A DNA stretch of 63,191 nucleotides, counting the filler, from Welwitschia mirabilis (taxonomy: Eukaryota): assembly GCA_051453625.1 (NCBI GenBank). It is 5 parts of one record of this genome, joined end to end, with 100 filler letters (N's around TTAATTAATTAA, not from the genome) between each part and the next. Parts side by side here need not be neighbours in the genome. Positions count along the whole stretch, not along the records: positions 1 to 20,800 come from JBOZIK010000001.1; positions 20,901 to 50,122 come from JBOZIK010000001.1; 3 more parts are not named here. The stretch is one strand, 5' to 3'. Positions 11,850 through 26,100 of the stretch are shown here, piece after piece. Numbering within the stretch: the first letter of the stretch is position 1; every line of letters begins with the position of its first letter. Made by a program: the position numbers and the translations under genes. Under the pieces are notes generated by a model, which did not search any database, was not told the origin of the DNA, and saw only the letters and a list, made by a program, of their open reading frames with translations.

Positions 11850-13450
11850 GGTTTATGATGATGCATTAGAAACTTCCACATGTGCTAGAGTAATGATCTC
11901 ATTTTCAAAGCATCTTATGATAAAAATTTTATTAGAATTCAAGTTAAAAGAATATTTATAAAATAATAATTCAAAGGGTAAAAATCAACATCTATTCTTC
12001 TAATAGAGTTATCTTCAAAAAGGGACCTCATAATAGGTAATAAATTAATTAGAATGCTTCAATCACATTGTTAAAATATACAGGTAATAGTGTATAATTT
12101 TAATTTTTTGAAATATGAAAAGCATCAACTTTGTTTGAGTGAGGGTTTCATTAGCATAATTAGGAGGTATAATAAGTAACTCCTTGACTACTTAGTTATT
12201 TAGCATATGCTTAAGCAAATCTTCATAGTCCATCTCATTAGTTGTTTTATAATTAAGACCAACAAATCCACATGTACAAAGGTAAAAAAGACATTTCTTA
12301 CTTATTAGTTTAGACAATACTTTAACTTAGTTATTATTAATAATCCAAATATAAAAATAAAGCCATTGCAAGAAAGTTCAAAATAAAGATGAATAATTGC
12401 TTCAAGTAATGTAGGAGGTGAGCAAGATTAGTCATGAGAATAAGAAATATTTTCTAGATATTTATATGTATTCTTTAATGTGTCCATCTAACAATGCCAT
12501 ATTATGAGAGATAAATACAAGATTCAATCTATTACAAGATAGAACATGCAATAAGTAAAGACATCTATGCTTAAATATGAATACACCACACCACTATCTG
12601 TACTTTTAATTTCATTTAGAGTATTTATTAGAAAATTATATGAAATAAAAATGATTCAAAGATCAATAGTGAAGATGTTCATTTCTATATATTAAATGTC
12701 TATCATTCAATATTAGCACAAAATAAAAGTATAAAAAGTGTAAAGACTCTTGTGTTTATTAAACCATATCACAAAAACTCAAAAAAAGCAAAAAGAAAAG
12801 AAAAATAGCTAATATATTAAACCATTTAGACCAATTCACCTTCATTACCTTTATATGTGCTAATATGAATAATGTTCACTTTATTCATTATCAATTATCT
12901 TCTATTGATTAGATGAAACATGCAACCAAAAAAAAAAAAAAAAAATCTAGATTAATAGTAGTAGGCCTCAAAGATTGTTAGGTGGAGTGCAACATTAAAG
13001 AAATTGAGGATTTAGATGTAAATTATTATAACATGATGCAGATTGAGGAAAATGAGTTTGTACATAAACAAATAGTAATACAAATAAGTTATTTTACTTT
13101 TCAAGCATGGAATTAATTATTTGATTATTATGTATAAGGCATCTTGAACTATATTCCATTCAAGCTCATTAGAATAATTTAAATAATCTTCCTCCACCCT
13201 TATTTAGACACCTTTATAGGTCAACATATAATAATCCCTTGCATGTTGTAGAATAAATAAAGAATAGAAATGTATGATTTAAGTTTGTGATAAAAGGTAG
13301 AAAGGAAGGTTAAACAATAATTATAATATGAAAAATATCATAAAAGTTTAAAAATAAAAAAATCATTGTCCTTGGATCATGTGCTATGTTTTTAAAAGAC
13401 TGTGCAAGAAATGATAGAAATAAAGAATTAATTGCAGATAATAAAAAGAC
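11850..13450 (+). mobile_element. Possible extremely decayed Mutator-like (MULE) transposase
   Basis: ~12436-12520 reads ENKKYFLDIL...HIMRDKYK, resembling E..W.WFL..L...IMSD..K. Weak SWIM-like and PP..R-like remnants lie at ~13050-13220. No TIR or TSD was found. Confidence 0.3.
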
Positions 13451-15214
13451 ATTAGAGATGTGTAAACATGGCCAAAGAACACTCTCTCTTCAATGTTTTA
13501 ATAAAATTATATTTAGAAATTTAATGATTTCATGTGCACATTAATAAATATGGGAAAGGAACAATTTTTGATGATTATGGAGCATGAAATAAATTTTTCT
13601 AATGAGATAGGAATAAAGTTTGTTTCTTTTCCTCTTTACTAAAAAATGTGGGATTGATATTTCAGACATAAAAAAATCTTTAAGGTGGGCTTAAAACTTG
13701 GGCTCAAAATTTAGCATATGCATTATACATACATTAAATGTTCATAATAATGAGTTGCAACAATTTTTTCCTTCTTTGTTTACAAATATGTTGCTGTATG
13801 TAAGGAGTAGAATGGTCTTTATAATTTTTACCATCACTAATAAGAATCATGGTATTCTTTAATCCTTCTAATAATGATTCTAATCTTGTAAAATAAATTT
13901 AAGTATAGAGAAAGATGTTTTAAGTTACATTAATTCACATCATTTGCTACATGATTTTCATAAGGTAAATTTTTTAGAATGTTTTTTCAATTTATATTAC
14001 TTCCACTAATGATAGTAAGAATAGTTATGTTAGCGATATGGAGTCACTAGAATCATTTTAAAATTATTATGATAAGATTATTAGTTTATACTATGGGTAT
14101 AAGACAATTAATACAAAAAGAAATGATGAACTTGTTGAAAGTTTAATTTCATTATAAAGTTCCTTTTGAATAGATTTGCAAATGATGGATTCAGTTATGA
14201 ATACAATTTTATTTTAACATATAAATATTACGATGTCCCTTTCTTTTTCTATTATCAAGAATCTAGAAAGAAATTTTTAAAAATATATCATATTGAAGAT
14301 ACATTTTCAACAAAAACAATAAATTACTAAACAAATAAAAATAAATGAAAAGAGAAAATTTGGGATTTCTTTAGAAAGAAAAGCTTTAAGATTTAAATTG
14401 ATAAGTCATTTATATTTAGTAATTGCTATGTATATGTTATAAAAATATATCATTTTCTTAATCATAAATTAGTCTAGATTATCAGGAATCATCATCAAGT
14501 AAAAATATGAAGAAGTAACTCCATTGTCATTTATAAGACTAAATTATCCACTTTAGGAGATAACATTAAAGATCATGATACAAGATGATATAGAAAATCT
14601 TACTTATATTATATTGAATATTAATTCTAACAATAAGGTATAATTTTATTTATTATTTTGTTTGGTCTTTGCTTTATAAAATTTCATTTAAGCTTTAAAT
14701 TTATTATTTATTTTATGTATAATACAATTAATTAGGGAATCCTACTTCTTTTTCATTTGTATCAAACATTAACTTTTTTAATGAGGTATAATTTACTATT
14801 ACAAGTAATTTATACTTAATTTTACATTGCAAACTAAAATTTTACTTGATATGATAATATATATTAAAGTTTTAACTTTATATCACTTTAAACACGTTCT
14901 TGTCTGAGAGAGCAAGAGATGAAGAAACTCTATTTATTCATATGGATGATAGTTTATTAGGTTTTATGAAGATAAAAACTATTCTTTATAATTTTTTATT
15001 CTAAAACTATTAGATTATTTTTTAATTATTAGAATATGTTAAGATAATATAAGGCATTAATAATATGAAAAGACATCCCAAACTAAAAGCAGTGATTGAG
15101 GTAATTACATTTAAGAATGGAATATAAGAAGAGTAAGTGATTTATAGATATTAAGTTATTATATTTTTTGGAGGATAAGGTTAAAAATGTACATTATGCT
15201 AAATAAATGTCTAG

Positions 15215-15330
15215 TAGGAATTGGGACTATGCAACCTTTATCTATGCTCCACCATCAGTGTGAGGGTTTGAACTTAAGGTCCCTGGGTTTAGAGCATCTT
15301 GAGTTTACCATTGAGATAATCAGTTAAGAC
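15215..15330 (-). mobile_element. Possible decayed tRNA-derived SINE or tRNA pseudogene
   Basis: GC-richer patch. The minus strand has an A-box-like TATCTCAATGG (15308-15318) and a B-box-like AGTTCAAACCC (15264-15274), 33 nt apart. No clear tail or TSD. Confidence 0.35.
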
Positions 15331-17044
15331 ATCTTAAGTAATCATATTGATATGATATACTATAATGTAATGAGTTTTCTTTATATTATTTATTATAATA
15401 ATATATTAAGATAAATGCAGGTTTTTATGAATGTCGAAGTAGATTCCATTAGAGATAATAGAGAAAATCTTAATGAAGGTGGAAATACAACAAAGGTAAG
15501 AATTTTACAAGTTTTAAGATAGCATTTTATTAAAAAACAATAATAAAAGTAAATTTTTAAGTTCATATGTAACACTTTAGTTATTTAATATATTATTAGA
15601 TCACTTTGGAATTAAACAATTCTAATAAGATTTCTACTAAGATGAAGAGTCCACAATCTTCTTCAAGTTATATAGAATCCTCAAAGGTAAATGTTATTAA
15701 CTTTAATTTAGAAAATATGTATATGAAATAGAAATATTTTATACTATTATGTTTAATTAAATGATTTGTTTAAAATCATCTAAGAATTAAATGAGAAGAA
15801 AAGTAGATAAAATAAGGAGTAAACATTAAAAGATAAAGTAAATACATCTATTGCATTTTTAAAAGTAAAATGTAAAAATTTTAGTAAAAGTTATAGTAAT
15901 GCAAAATACATCTTTCTTATATTATAGTTCAAAGGTTAGTTGTATTAGAACTTCATGGAGTTATATACTATGGTACAATCTATGAAAATATTCCTTAATG
16001 TTTGTTGCATACTAATTTATGTAAAAAAGGGATTAACACATTTATCAAGACAATAAAACAATTATCATTTGGAATATCCATAGTATTATATGTCAAATCA
16101 ATAATTTTTAAAATAAATAATAAGTTACTAGATGAATACAAATTCCTATGAGTAAAAGAAAATTATACAAATTTTAAGGACTATAATGAAGAGAAACAAC
16201 CATTAGTTACATCTTCTAGTATTAGTGGTTATGGAGAGAGTAACATAATGATTATATTTTGATCATACAAGAGAGTTATTAGTATAGACAAAAATAATGT
16301 AATTGGATGCCCTAATTTTTAATGTAATCACAAGTATCTCATTGAACAAGTGTTGAAGTTTTTTGGAAAGTGGTAATATCATTATAAACATTTAATTTGT
16401 ATCTTAAATTAATATTTTAGTACTAATCATTTTGATCTACAAATAGGTAACTTTCTATTCAATTAAACATATTTTTAATAGTAAAAATTACATGATGCTT
16501 ATTTTCTAAATCTTATTCTAATTATAAAGCATAAACTATATTTTCATCATAACTTCAAAATAATAATTCTTTATCATTTTTGTTAAAGGTTTAGTTTTGT
16601 TATTTTATTAATAATAGTAGTTTTTATACTTTAATTTTTTTAAGGAATCACTTGTTATATTAGATATGAATGAAGTTATTACCAAATTAGTTCATAAAAT
16701 TTTAGCATCATATTTTAAGATTAATAGGGTAATAATAATTAAAACTAAAAAAATATTTGTTATTTTAAAACTAAAAAAATATTTGTCATTTATCTTTAAA
16801 TGCAATTTAATTCATTAAAATGTTTTTGAAATATGATTATGCTATTGCATTATAACCATTAACATAATATCAATAACTTTCTTAAAAGGATATTTCTATT
16901 GGATTGACACTTAAAATTTAAGTTTATGTGGTTATGATTCTAGTGTGAGTAAGTGCCTAGAAATTGTTCAAAATCTCTCTTTATGAAACTACTTTTTAAG
17001 ATACTTAAAGAATTTTTAGAGTATGATTATTATAAAATGGTTTT

Positions 17045-18574
17045 TAATGTTAGAGAATTTGATAAGAACATTAATTATTATTAAGGAAAAGAAATTACAC
17101 TTTTATGATATATGTAAGTGAATATAATTATTCATGTGTAATAAGATGAATATTCTAAATGTGTGAGAGGGATAGTTTAAGAGAGTTATTTACGGGTAAT
17201 GAGTAGATTCTCTTACATGTCATAATGGGAATATGTAAAAGTCAATTTTTGAGTGTTAAGGAATTAATATACATAAGAGTAAGTGTTGAGATGAAGGGAA
17301 TCTTTTGGGACTTGAAGTTAAGAATAAAGTAGAACCTTAAAAGGAGATTTTTATTGAGAACTTGAGAAGAATATTCCTTTTACAAGATCTTGGATCACTT
17401 CTATTTTATCTTGAAGGCTACCCAATATCAGTATAATCTTGTATTTGTTAGCATGTAAACATATAAAGCTTCTTAAAGTTTTAACTATAATTCCTTTATA
17501 GATTTCCTCATCTTCTTCTTTTCCATATTATGTAAAACACTAATTACTCTAAGTTCTACCACATCTACATCATAATAGTATTAGATATTTGGTGAGTATT
17601 AATATTATTTTAAGTTAGTAGAAAGTAGATGAATAAAAATTACAAGCATTCTAAGAAGTAGAGTAAAAGTAAGAAACAAACCTATGTGAGGATTAAGGAT
17701 TTTTGAAGAAGATAATCTCAAGAAAAGAAGATCTTCTATAAATATTATGATAGATAAGGAGAGTATGCTTTTAGAAAAAGAAACTTTAGAATCTTCAAGA
17801 GATGGATAAAAGAAAGGTCATAGAAGCATGAAATTTTCTTAATAACATGGAGATTATAGAAGATAGATTAACTATAAATTATCTCATGCATGATGAAGAT
17901 AAGAATTAAGAGATCTATAGGGAGAGATTTCCTCCATGTGTAAAGTTACAATGTTTTAATGACAATGTTAGTGCTATAGTATTACATTTTTTTTTCACTC
18001 AAGAATGAGCTAATTTTTTAAGAGAGGAAATATGATGTAGAAAAATCATGTAAGAATGTTTATTATTATTAACAAATATAAATATTCTCATGGTATATGT
18101 AAGAGAATATAACTATTTGTATGTAAGAGGAAGAATATTTTTAATATGTAAAAGTGATATTTTAGGAGAGTTATTTTAGGGGTAATAATTAGATTCTCTT
18201 CCATGTAATGATGAGAATATGTAAGAGTCAATTTTATAGTTTTAAGAAATTAATACAAATAAGCATAAGTGATGAGATAAAGGGGATGATTTAGTAGTTG
18301 GAATTGAGGATGGATAAGTAATAGATCTTGAAGTTGAAAGCTTAAGAGAAGATCTTTATTCAAAAGTTGAGGATTAGATTCCTTGTGCAAGATCTTCACT
18401 TACTTCTATTTTTTTAAAGACCATTAAGAATCACTATAATCTTGTATTTATTAGCATGATAAAATATAGATTTTATTAGAGGTTTTACTATAATTTCTTA
18501 TAAATTTCTCCATCTACTTATTTTCCCTCTTATGTAAGATACTAACTACGTTAGATTCTACCACCTATACATTA
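17045..18574 (+). mobile_element. Small non-autonomous LTR retroelement (TRIM-like, probably gypsy-derived)
   Basis: Diverged direct repeats 17045-17572 and 18033-18574 with T(G/A)ATGT...ACAT(C/T)A ends. TSD GTTTT/GTTTT. Decayed PBS (TAGTATTAGA) after LTR1 and PPT AAGAGAGGAAA before LTR2. The ~460-bp interior has no ORF. Confidence 0.8.
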
Positions 18575-20800
18575 GTTTTAATTAATGGTTATAAGAAAAA
18601 ATATTTCATGGAATATTTGTAAAATGTTATATTAGTTGAATCTTACATTTCCACAGATGAAAGGAATGATAACTACCTCTTATCTAATTTACATGTACTT
18701 ATAAAATTAAAATTGTAAAATTCATAAAATAATTATGTATTATTTAATTTATTTTATATTTTAAATATGTTTGTATAATTAAAAAACTATATTAGATGTC
18801 ATGCATTTATTTTATCTATTAGATTATGTTTTACCAATTGATATCAAACTAATGTTTTATATGTAGCAGATTTTGTGTATCTTATGTAGAAGATGTTAAT
18901 CACTTGCAGGTTAAATGCTGAATCCAAAATTATTGAATTCTAATTACTAGAAATCTATCAATTTCACTCACCCTTTTAAAAGATCGACTAGACTTTCAAG
19001 GGGTCAACCGCACCTGGAGTAGTTACTTAGAATTGAACTAAATTCAAAGAGGTTGACTAGATTTTTAACAGGTTGACTGAACCTATGATCTTGAGAATGG
19101 TACTTCTGAAATAATTATCAAGGGATCAATTGGACCTTTGAAAGGATTGACAAGAACTGAGAACTTTACAACTAATATCCCTGGGCCAATTGTCATGGGC
19201 TTAATCGGATACCTAAAGGAGTCAACCGAACCTAATACAAGAAATTGGAATGATCTTTTATCAAGACTAGCGGGTGACCAGACAGAATTATAGGTGACTA
19301 GACGGGGGTTGATTGGACCCTAAGGGATCAACTGGATATGGAGCTATAAGAAATTAGGATGACTAAAAACTTCACTCAGGCGATATCTGTAAGACACAAC
19401 ATCAGATGGGGTCGACCAGACTCTTGAGGGGTCGACCAACCGAAATGGAACTAAATTTTTTTTATCTATTTTGTATCCATTATTTATCCATTAGATAGTC
19501 ATTTGCTAGCTNNNNNNNNNNNNNNNNNNNNNNNNNNNNNNNNNNNNNNNNNNNNNNNNNNNNNNNNNNNNNNNNNNNNNNNNNNNNNNNNNNNNNNNNN
19601 NNNNNNNNNNNGGACCCTGAGGGGTTAACTGGATATGGAGCTATAAGAAATTAGGGTGACTAAAAACTTCACTCAGGCAACATTTGTAAAATACAACATC
19701 AAATGGGATCGACCAGACTCTTGAGGGGTCGACCAACCGAAATGGAACTAAATTTTTTTATCTATTTTGTATCCATTATTTATCCATTAGATAGTCATTT
19801 TATAGCTATTTATAGCCATTGGAAGCACATTTTCAAATGTAATAAATCCTAAAAAGCTTCCAATATAAATAGCTAAGAGAGATAAGGCAAAAGAATCTTT
19901 TTATCTCTTAATAAAAGTACTGAAATATTATGATATTCACTATTTGATCTTGACATTTGTACTCTGATTAAGGAAGTTCAATATTTGTTGTATTTGTACA
20001 CTCAGGATCAGATCTTGCACATCATTGTGATATTATTTATAGAAGAAGGGCTCTATTGAAATCATTATATCGAAGAATTAGTAATATTTATGCATCAAGG
20101 CATTCTTACCATTATTATTACATCCTTTAAAGGTTGAAATTAAGCCTACAAAAGTTTGATTGAAAAAGTTATGACTTAGCCTAGAAAATTCTATTTGTAA
20201 AGGTTACAGGTGAACCTATAATACCTAGAAGAGTTAATAAATATTAGGATCAAGCTTGAGAATAAGCTAAATATTGAGAGTGGAGTGGAGGGTTTCCCAA
20301 ACCACNNNNNNNNNNATGCATCTATTTAATATTGTATGCTTTTAGTTAGTTTCATTACTTTAAATACTTTTAATCTTTATTTGCATGCACGGATTTATTA
20401 GAAATTTACTTTAAGCAAGTTTTTGGTATATCATGAGTTTGTTTAGTTCATTTTTTTAACTTTTTTTTTAAAGAACCTATTCACATTCCCTCTAGGGTTC
20501 TCGATCCTATCAATTGATATCAGAGTAAGGTTGAGTCCATTATTAGATTTTAACCAATCTAGACTTTAAAACCTAAATAAAAGCAGTCCCTCTATTGATT
20601 TTTCAAACATGCGTTTCTTAGATACTTGTACTCTTATTAGTATATTTTGGATAATATGTGGATATATTATCAAATAAATTTCAAATAGTGAAAAATGCAA
20701 AGGGGTCATGGAAAAGTGAAGATAAATCTATTCAAGATTCTGATGATGACAAAAGACTTTTGTTGCAATGACAACTTAGATGTATTTGATAGGGTATTTT

Positions 20801-20900
20801 NNNNNNNNNNNNNNNNNNNNNNNNNNNNNNNNNNNNNNNNNNNNTTAATTAATTAANNNNNNNNNNNNNNNNNNNNNNNNNNNNNNNNNNNNNNNNNNNN
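20801..20900. other. Assembly linker N44-TTAATTAATTAA-N44
   Basis: The identical 100-bp construct occurs four times; the 12-mer gives stops in all six frames. Confidence 0.95.
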
Positions 20901-23130
20901 ATTTAATTATAAGTAGATCAAACATTATGTTTAGTATTGGAGTATGTGCAAGGTATCAATCTCAACCAAAAGAATTACATCTACAAGAAGTAAAAAGAAA
21001 AATCAGATATATAAAAGGTACATATGATTATGGCTTATGGTATTCTTCAGAGACATCTTTCAAGATTACTGCTTTTAGTGATGCGGATTGAGCAGGTTAT
21101 AAAGATGATAGAAAGAGCACAAGTGAAAATNNNNNNNNNNNNNNNNNNNNNNNNNNNNNNNNNNNNNNNNNNNNNNNNNNNNNNNNNNNNNNNNNNNNNN
21201 NNNNNNNNNNNNNNNNNNNNNNNNNNNNNNNNNNNNNNNNNNNNNNNNNNNNNNNNNNNNNNNNNNNNNNNNNNNNNNNNNNNNNNNNNNNNNNNNNNNN
21301 NNNNNNNNNNNNNNNNNNNNNNNNNNNNNNNNNNNNNNNNNNNNNNNNNNNNNNNNNNNNNNNNNNNNNNNNNNNNNNNNNNNNNNNNNNNNNNNNNNNN
21401 NNNNNNNNNNNNNNNNNNNNNNNNNNNNNNNNNNNNNNNNNNNNNNNNNNTAAACCAGTGGATCAAAAACTTTATAGAAGAATGATTGGTAATTTATTAT
21501 ATTTAATTACAAGTAGACCAAACATTATGTTTAGTATTGGAGTATGTGCAAGGTATTAATCTCAACCAAAAGAATTACATCTATAAGAAGCAAAAAGAAT
21601 AATCAGATATATAAAAGGTACATGTGATTATGGCTTATGGTATTCTTTAGAGACATCTTTCAAGATTACTACTTTTAGTGATGCGAATTGAGCAAGTTAT
21701 AAAGATGATAGAAAGAGAACAAGTGGAAATTATTTTACATTAAGGTCATGTTTAGTAGGATGAACAAGTAAAAAACAAAACTCCATCTCACTCTCAACTG
21801 CAAAAGTAAAATATGTTGCAGCAGGTAGTTGTTGTACTTATTTTTTGTAAATGAAAGAAATGCTAAAGGATTTTGATGTTAATTTTNNNNNNNNNNNNNN
21901 NNNNNNNNNNNNNNNNNNNNNNNNNNNNNNNNNNNNNNNNNNNNNNNNNNNNNNNNNNNNNNNNNNNNNNNNNNNNNNNNNNNNNNAATACTTCAATTAA
22001 AGAAGTCTATGTAAAGCAACCATAAGGTTTTATTGATCCTCATAAAACTAATCATGTGTATAGCATTAAGAAAGCCCTGTATCAACTGAAATAAGCCTTA
22101 AGAGCTTAGCATGAAAAGCTAGTCAGTTTTTAAAATGAAAATGGATACATTTATAGAACTATTAATAAAAAGCTATTTGTAAGGACTTAAGAAATGAGTT
22201 CATTATTATATAGATTTATGTAGATGATATTATATTTGATGCCTTAAAAGAAAAGTTGTCAAAATAATTTGCAATTATTATAACAACTCATTTTAAAATG
22301 AGTATTCTTGGTGAAGTAAAAATGTTTCTTAGACTACAGATGAAGTAATTAAAAGATGGAATATTTATTTCTCAATCCAAATAGATTTAATCAAATGTTT
22401 TGGATCATAACATGTAAAAACAACTGATACTCATAGGTCTACATCATGTAAAGTAAGTTTAAATGAAAACAATAAACCAGTGAATCAAAAAATTTACAGG
22501 AGTATGATTAGTAGTTTACTATATTTGACTGCAAGTATACCAGATATTATGTTCAATGTAGGATTATGTGCAAGGTATCAATTCCAATCAAAATAATCAT
22601 ATCTATAAGTAGTAAAAATGATAATTATTATGTAAAAGAAACATGTAATTATGACTTATGATATCCTATAGAGACATCCTTTGAGCTTAAAGGCTTTTGT
22701 GATGCAGATTAGGCTACCTATAAAGATGATAGAAAGAGCATAAGTGGAAATTGTTTTCTATTAGATTCATGCTTAATAGGATGGAAAAGTAAGAAACAAA
22801 GCTCAAGCAAAATATATTTTAACAAGTAGTTGTTATACTCATCTTTTGTGGATAAAAGAAATGCTAAAGGACTCGGTGTTAATTTTGAACAAGTCCCTAT
22901 CTTTTGTGATAATACTAGTGCTATAAACATATCAAAAAAATCCTATTTAGAACTTAGGAACCAAATATATTAAGCTAAGGCATCATTTCTTAAGAGATCA
23001 AGTAGAAAAAGGACACATCTCTATGAACTTTGTGAGTACAAACTAATAGCTGGTAGATATTTTTACTAAACCCCTAAATTTTGATACTTTTCTTCATATT
23101 AGAAGTTAACTAGGGGTTATATATCCATTC
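20901..23130 (+). pseudogene. pol: Decayed copia RT-RNase H, in three overlapping pieces
   Basis: IYVDDIIF, GVCARYQSQPKE, DRKSTSG-like, PIFCDNTSAINI and DIFTKPL. Confidence 0.88.
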
Positions 23131-26100
23131 TATAGATTATTATAGGAAGATCAAGTGGATCCTTAATTTGGGCAATCAGATGTGGTTAGTTGACCCAAGT
23201 AAAAGCCTAGTTACCTAAACCCTCTTAGTTTGATAGGCCCTTCAATGAAACTTGGCAGTGTAGATCGAAAGTTCCTTTACCAAATAGGAATTGTATTATC
23301 TATTTTCATCTTTTCATATTAATTATTTACTTATGTTTATGATTATATACTTTTATTCTCTTCTTTGACATTGATGTCAGAAGGAGGAGAATTAGTTGTT
23401 TATTGTTTATTGCTTATGCCTTCAAATGTAGTATGCTTTTGTTTAATAGAATAAACATGCATTTAGTTCCATGTTTTTTATTGGTATCTCAAATCTTTTT
23501 GTGCAATCCATATGAGCTTAACATTTTCTAATGATAAATATTAAGAATCTAAATAATGTTTATCTTATAATTGCAATGCACTTCAATTGTTTAAAATATT
23601 GTATGATGTTATTCTATATTTACAATGAATGTAAAATAATCAAATTAATAAAAGTTATGTCATGAAAATGTGTTTTTTAGATTGTATTCTTAAATCCCTT
23701 AATGTAAATCTTAAAATTATTTTTATTTTAGCAAAAAGTTTGACTTATTAAAATCTCTTCAATTAATTTCAAAAGGCTTAATATTTTACAAAGAATGATA
23801 GGCATTTTCTGAGGAGGATTTTTCTCAGTCTTAAATATTTTTACAACTAAGTATTATTTATCATCAATATCAAAGGGGGATATTGTTAGATTATGTTTTA
23901 CCAATTGATGTCAAACTACTGTTTTATGTGTAGCAAATTTTGTGTATCCTGTGTAGAAGATGTTAGTCACTTGTAAGTTAAATGATAAAGCTAAAATTAT
24001 TGAATTCTGATTAATAGAAATCTATCAAGTTTACTTATCCTCTTGAAGGGTTAACCAGACTTTCAAATGGTTGACTGCACCTAAAGCAAACAATCAAAAT
24101 TAAAATAAATTCAGAGGGGTTAACTGGATTTCTGACGGGATCAACTAGACCTATTATCTTGAAATTAGTTCTTCTGAACTAATTGTCAAGCGGTTGACTA
24201 GATCTTTAAAAGGGTCAACTAGACTTAAGCACTATGTAATTGATATCCCTGAGCCAATCATCATAATGTCAACTAGACATCTACAGGAGTCAACCAAACC
24301 TGATGTAGGAAATTGGAATGATCTTTTATTAGGAGTAGTGAACAACTGGACAGAATTACGAGTGACCGAATGGAGGTCAATCAGACCCTAATGGATCGAC
24401 TGGATGTGGGTCCATAAGAAACTAAGGCAACTAAAAACTTCACTTGGGTGACCTGTGTAAGACATGACATCAGATGGGATCAACCAGACTTTTGAGGCGT
24501 CGACTGGCTGGAATGGAACTAAAAATTTCTATCTATTTTATATTCATTATATATCCATTACATAGCCTTTTTTAGCCATTTATAATTGTTGGGAGCACAT
24601 TTTTAAATGTAATAAATCTTAAAAGGCTTCCAATATAAATAGCCAAGAGAGATAAGGTAAAAAATCTATTTGACTCTTGATAAAAATACTAAAATCTTGT
24701 GATATTCACTATTATATCTTGGCAGTTGTACTCCTGACTAAGGAAGTTCCATTATTTATTGTATCTATATACTTAAGGTCAGATCTTACACATTGTTGTG
24801 GTATTATCCACAAGAGAATGGCTTTATTAAAATTATTATACCAAAGAATGCATGATATTTGTACATTAAGGAATTCTTACCATTACTATTACAACCTCCA
24901 AAGGTTGAGACTAAGTCTGTGAAAGTCCGATTGGAAAGGTTGTGACTTAGCTTGCAAAAGTCTATTTGTAAAAATTACAAGTGAACTTATAATACCTAAA
25001 AGAGTCAACAAAGATTCAGATCAAGCTTGGAGATAAGTTGATCATCAAGAGTAAAGTTCGGGGGTTTCCCAAACCACTTTAAAATCCTACATGCATCTAT
25101 TCAGTATTTTATGCTTTCATTTAGTTTCATTATGTTAAATACTTTCAATCTTTCTTTGAATGCATGAATTTATTAGAAAGTTATTTTGAGTAATTTTTGG
25201 TATATTATGAGTTTTTTTAATTCATTTTTTTTTTGAAAGACCCTATTCACCCCTCATTTAGGGTTCTTGATCGTATCACTATCAAGATTTTTATATAACA
25301 TATTTTAAGTTATTCATATATGATAAATAATAATCATTACTCTTAAAATATGTTTGTGAATTGGATGATTCAATCTTAATATGAAAATTTATTTTAACAA
25401 ACTTAATATTATGCTAATAAAAATTTATCCTCCACATATTTGATATGCTCATCTAATTTGCTTATAAGTTTATGTATAAATAACAAGAACAGAATTTTGA
25501 TCATTACTAAATTAATTGATATTATATCTACTTGTTTAACATGTAAAGTAAACTATAAAAGAGAAGAAATAATAAGATATCATAAGGATCTTTTTTTGAA
25601 AATCAAATGCACTAGATTATATTTTAATTTGGATAAGGATGTCAAATTGAAATGTCTTTAAGAACTTCAAAATTTACAATGTTCCAAGATGAATTTTGTT
25701 TTTCTATAACTATTAAGAATTATTTATTAAATATGAAATCAAGTAATAGGAATAACTTGACTATGATATTTTAGAATAATTTGAATAACATCTAAAATAA
25801 TATTATTGGATATTTCAATCCCTATAATACAATTTTTCTTAATTCTAATGTGGATTTCTATAAATTCTAAGATGATTTATATGTGATTAAAAAAGTTCCT
25901 AGGTTCAAAGATATAAAAGGTCATACATGAACGAATGATACATTTTGAAGAGTAATCAATTCAATATCAATAGATTTAAATATGTATATAATGCTGGTAA
26001 AGGTAGAAAACACATATTAGTCTATATGAAATAGTAATTCATATCAAAGATAAACATAAACATTACATATAATAATAATAAATATTGTTGTTGTACAAGT

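Larger units (their letters stand above)
18817..25278 (+). mobile_element. Ty1/copia Sirevirus (SIRE)-like element, decayed and gapped
   Basis: LTRs at 18817-20512 and 23884-25278 (~1.4 kb). TSD TTATC/CTATC. PBS TGATATCAGAGT (20515-20526). PPT CAAAGGGGGATAT plus upstream PPT-like tracts. ATTCACCC..CT motif near the LTR end. Confidence 0.88.

Noticed and set aside
20845-20856. TTAATTAATTAA palindrome (also at 50167, 53693 and 61639) as a biological motif
   Set aside because: It is always centred in exactly 44+44 N, so it is an assembly linker.
25400-26000. Possible MULE-associated accessory ORF remnant
   Set aside because: Too decayed; there is no motif I can defend.
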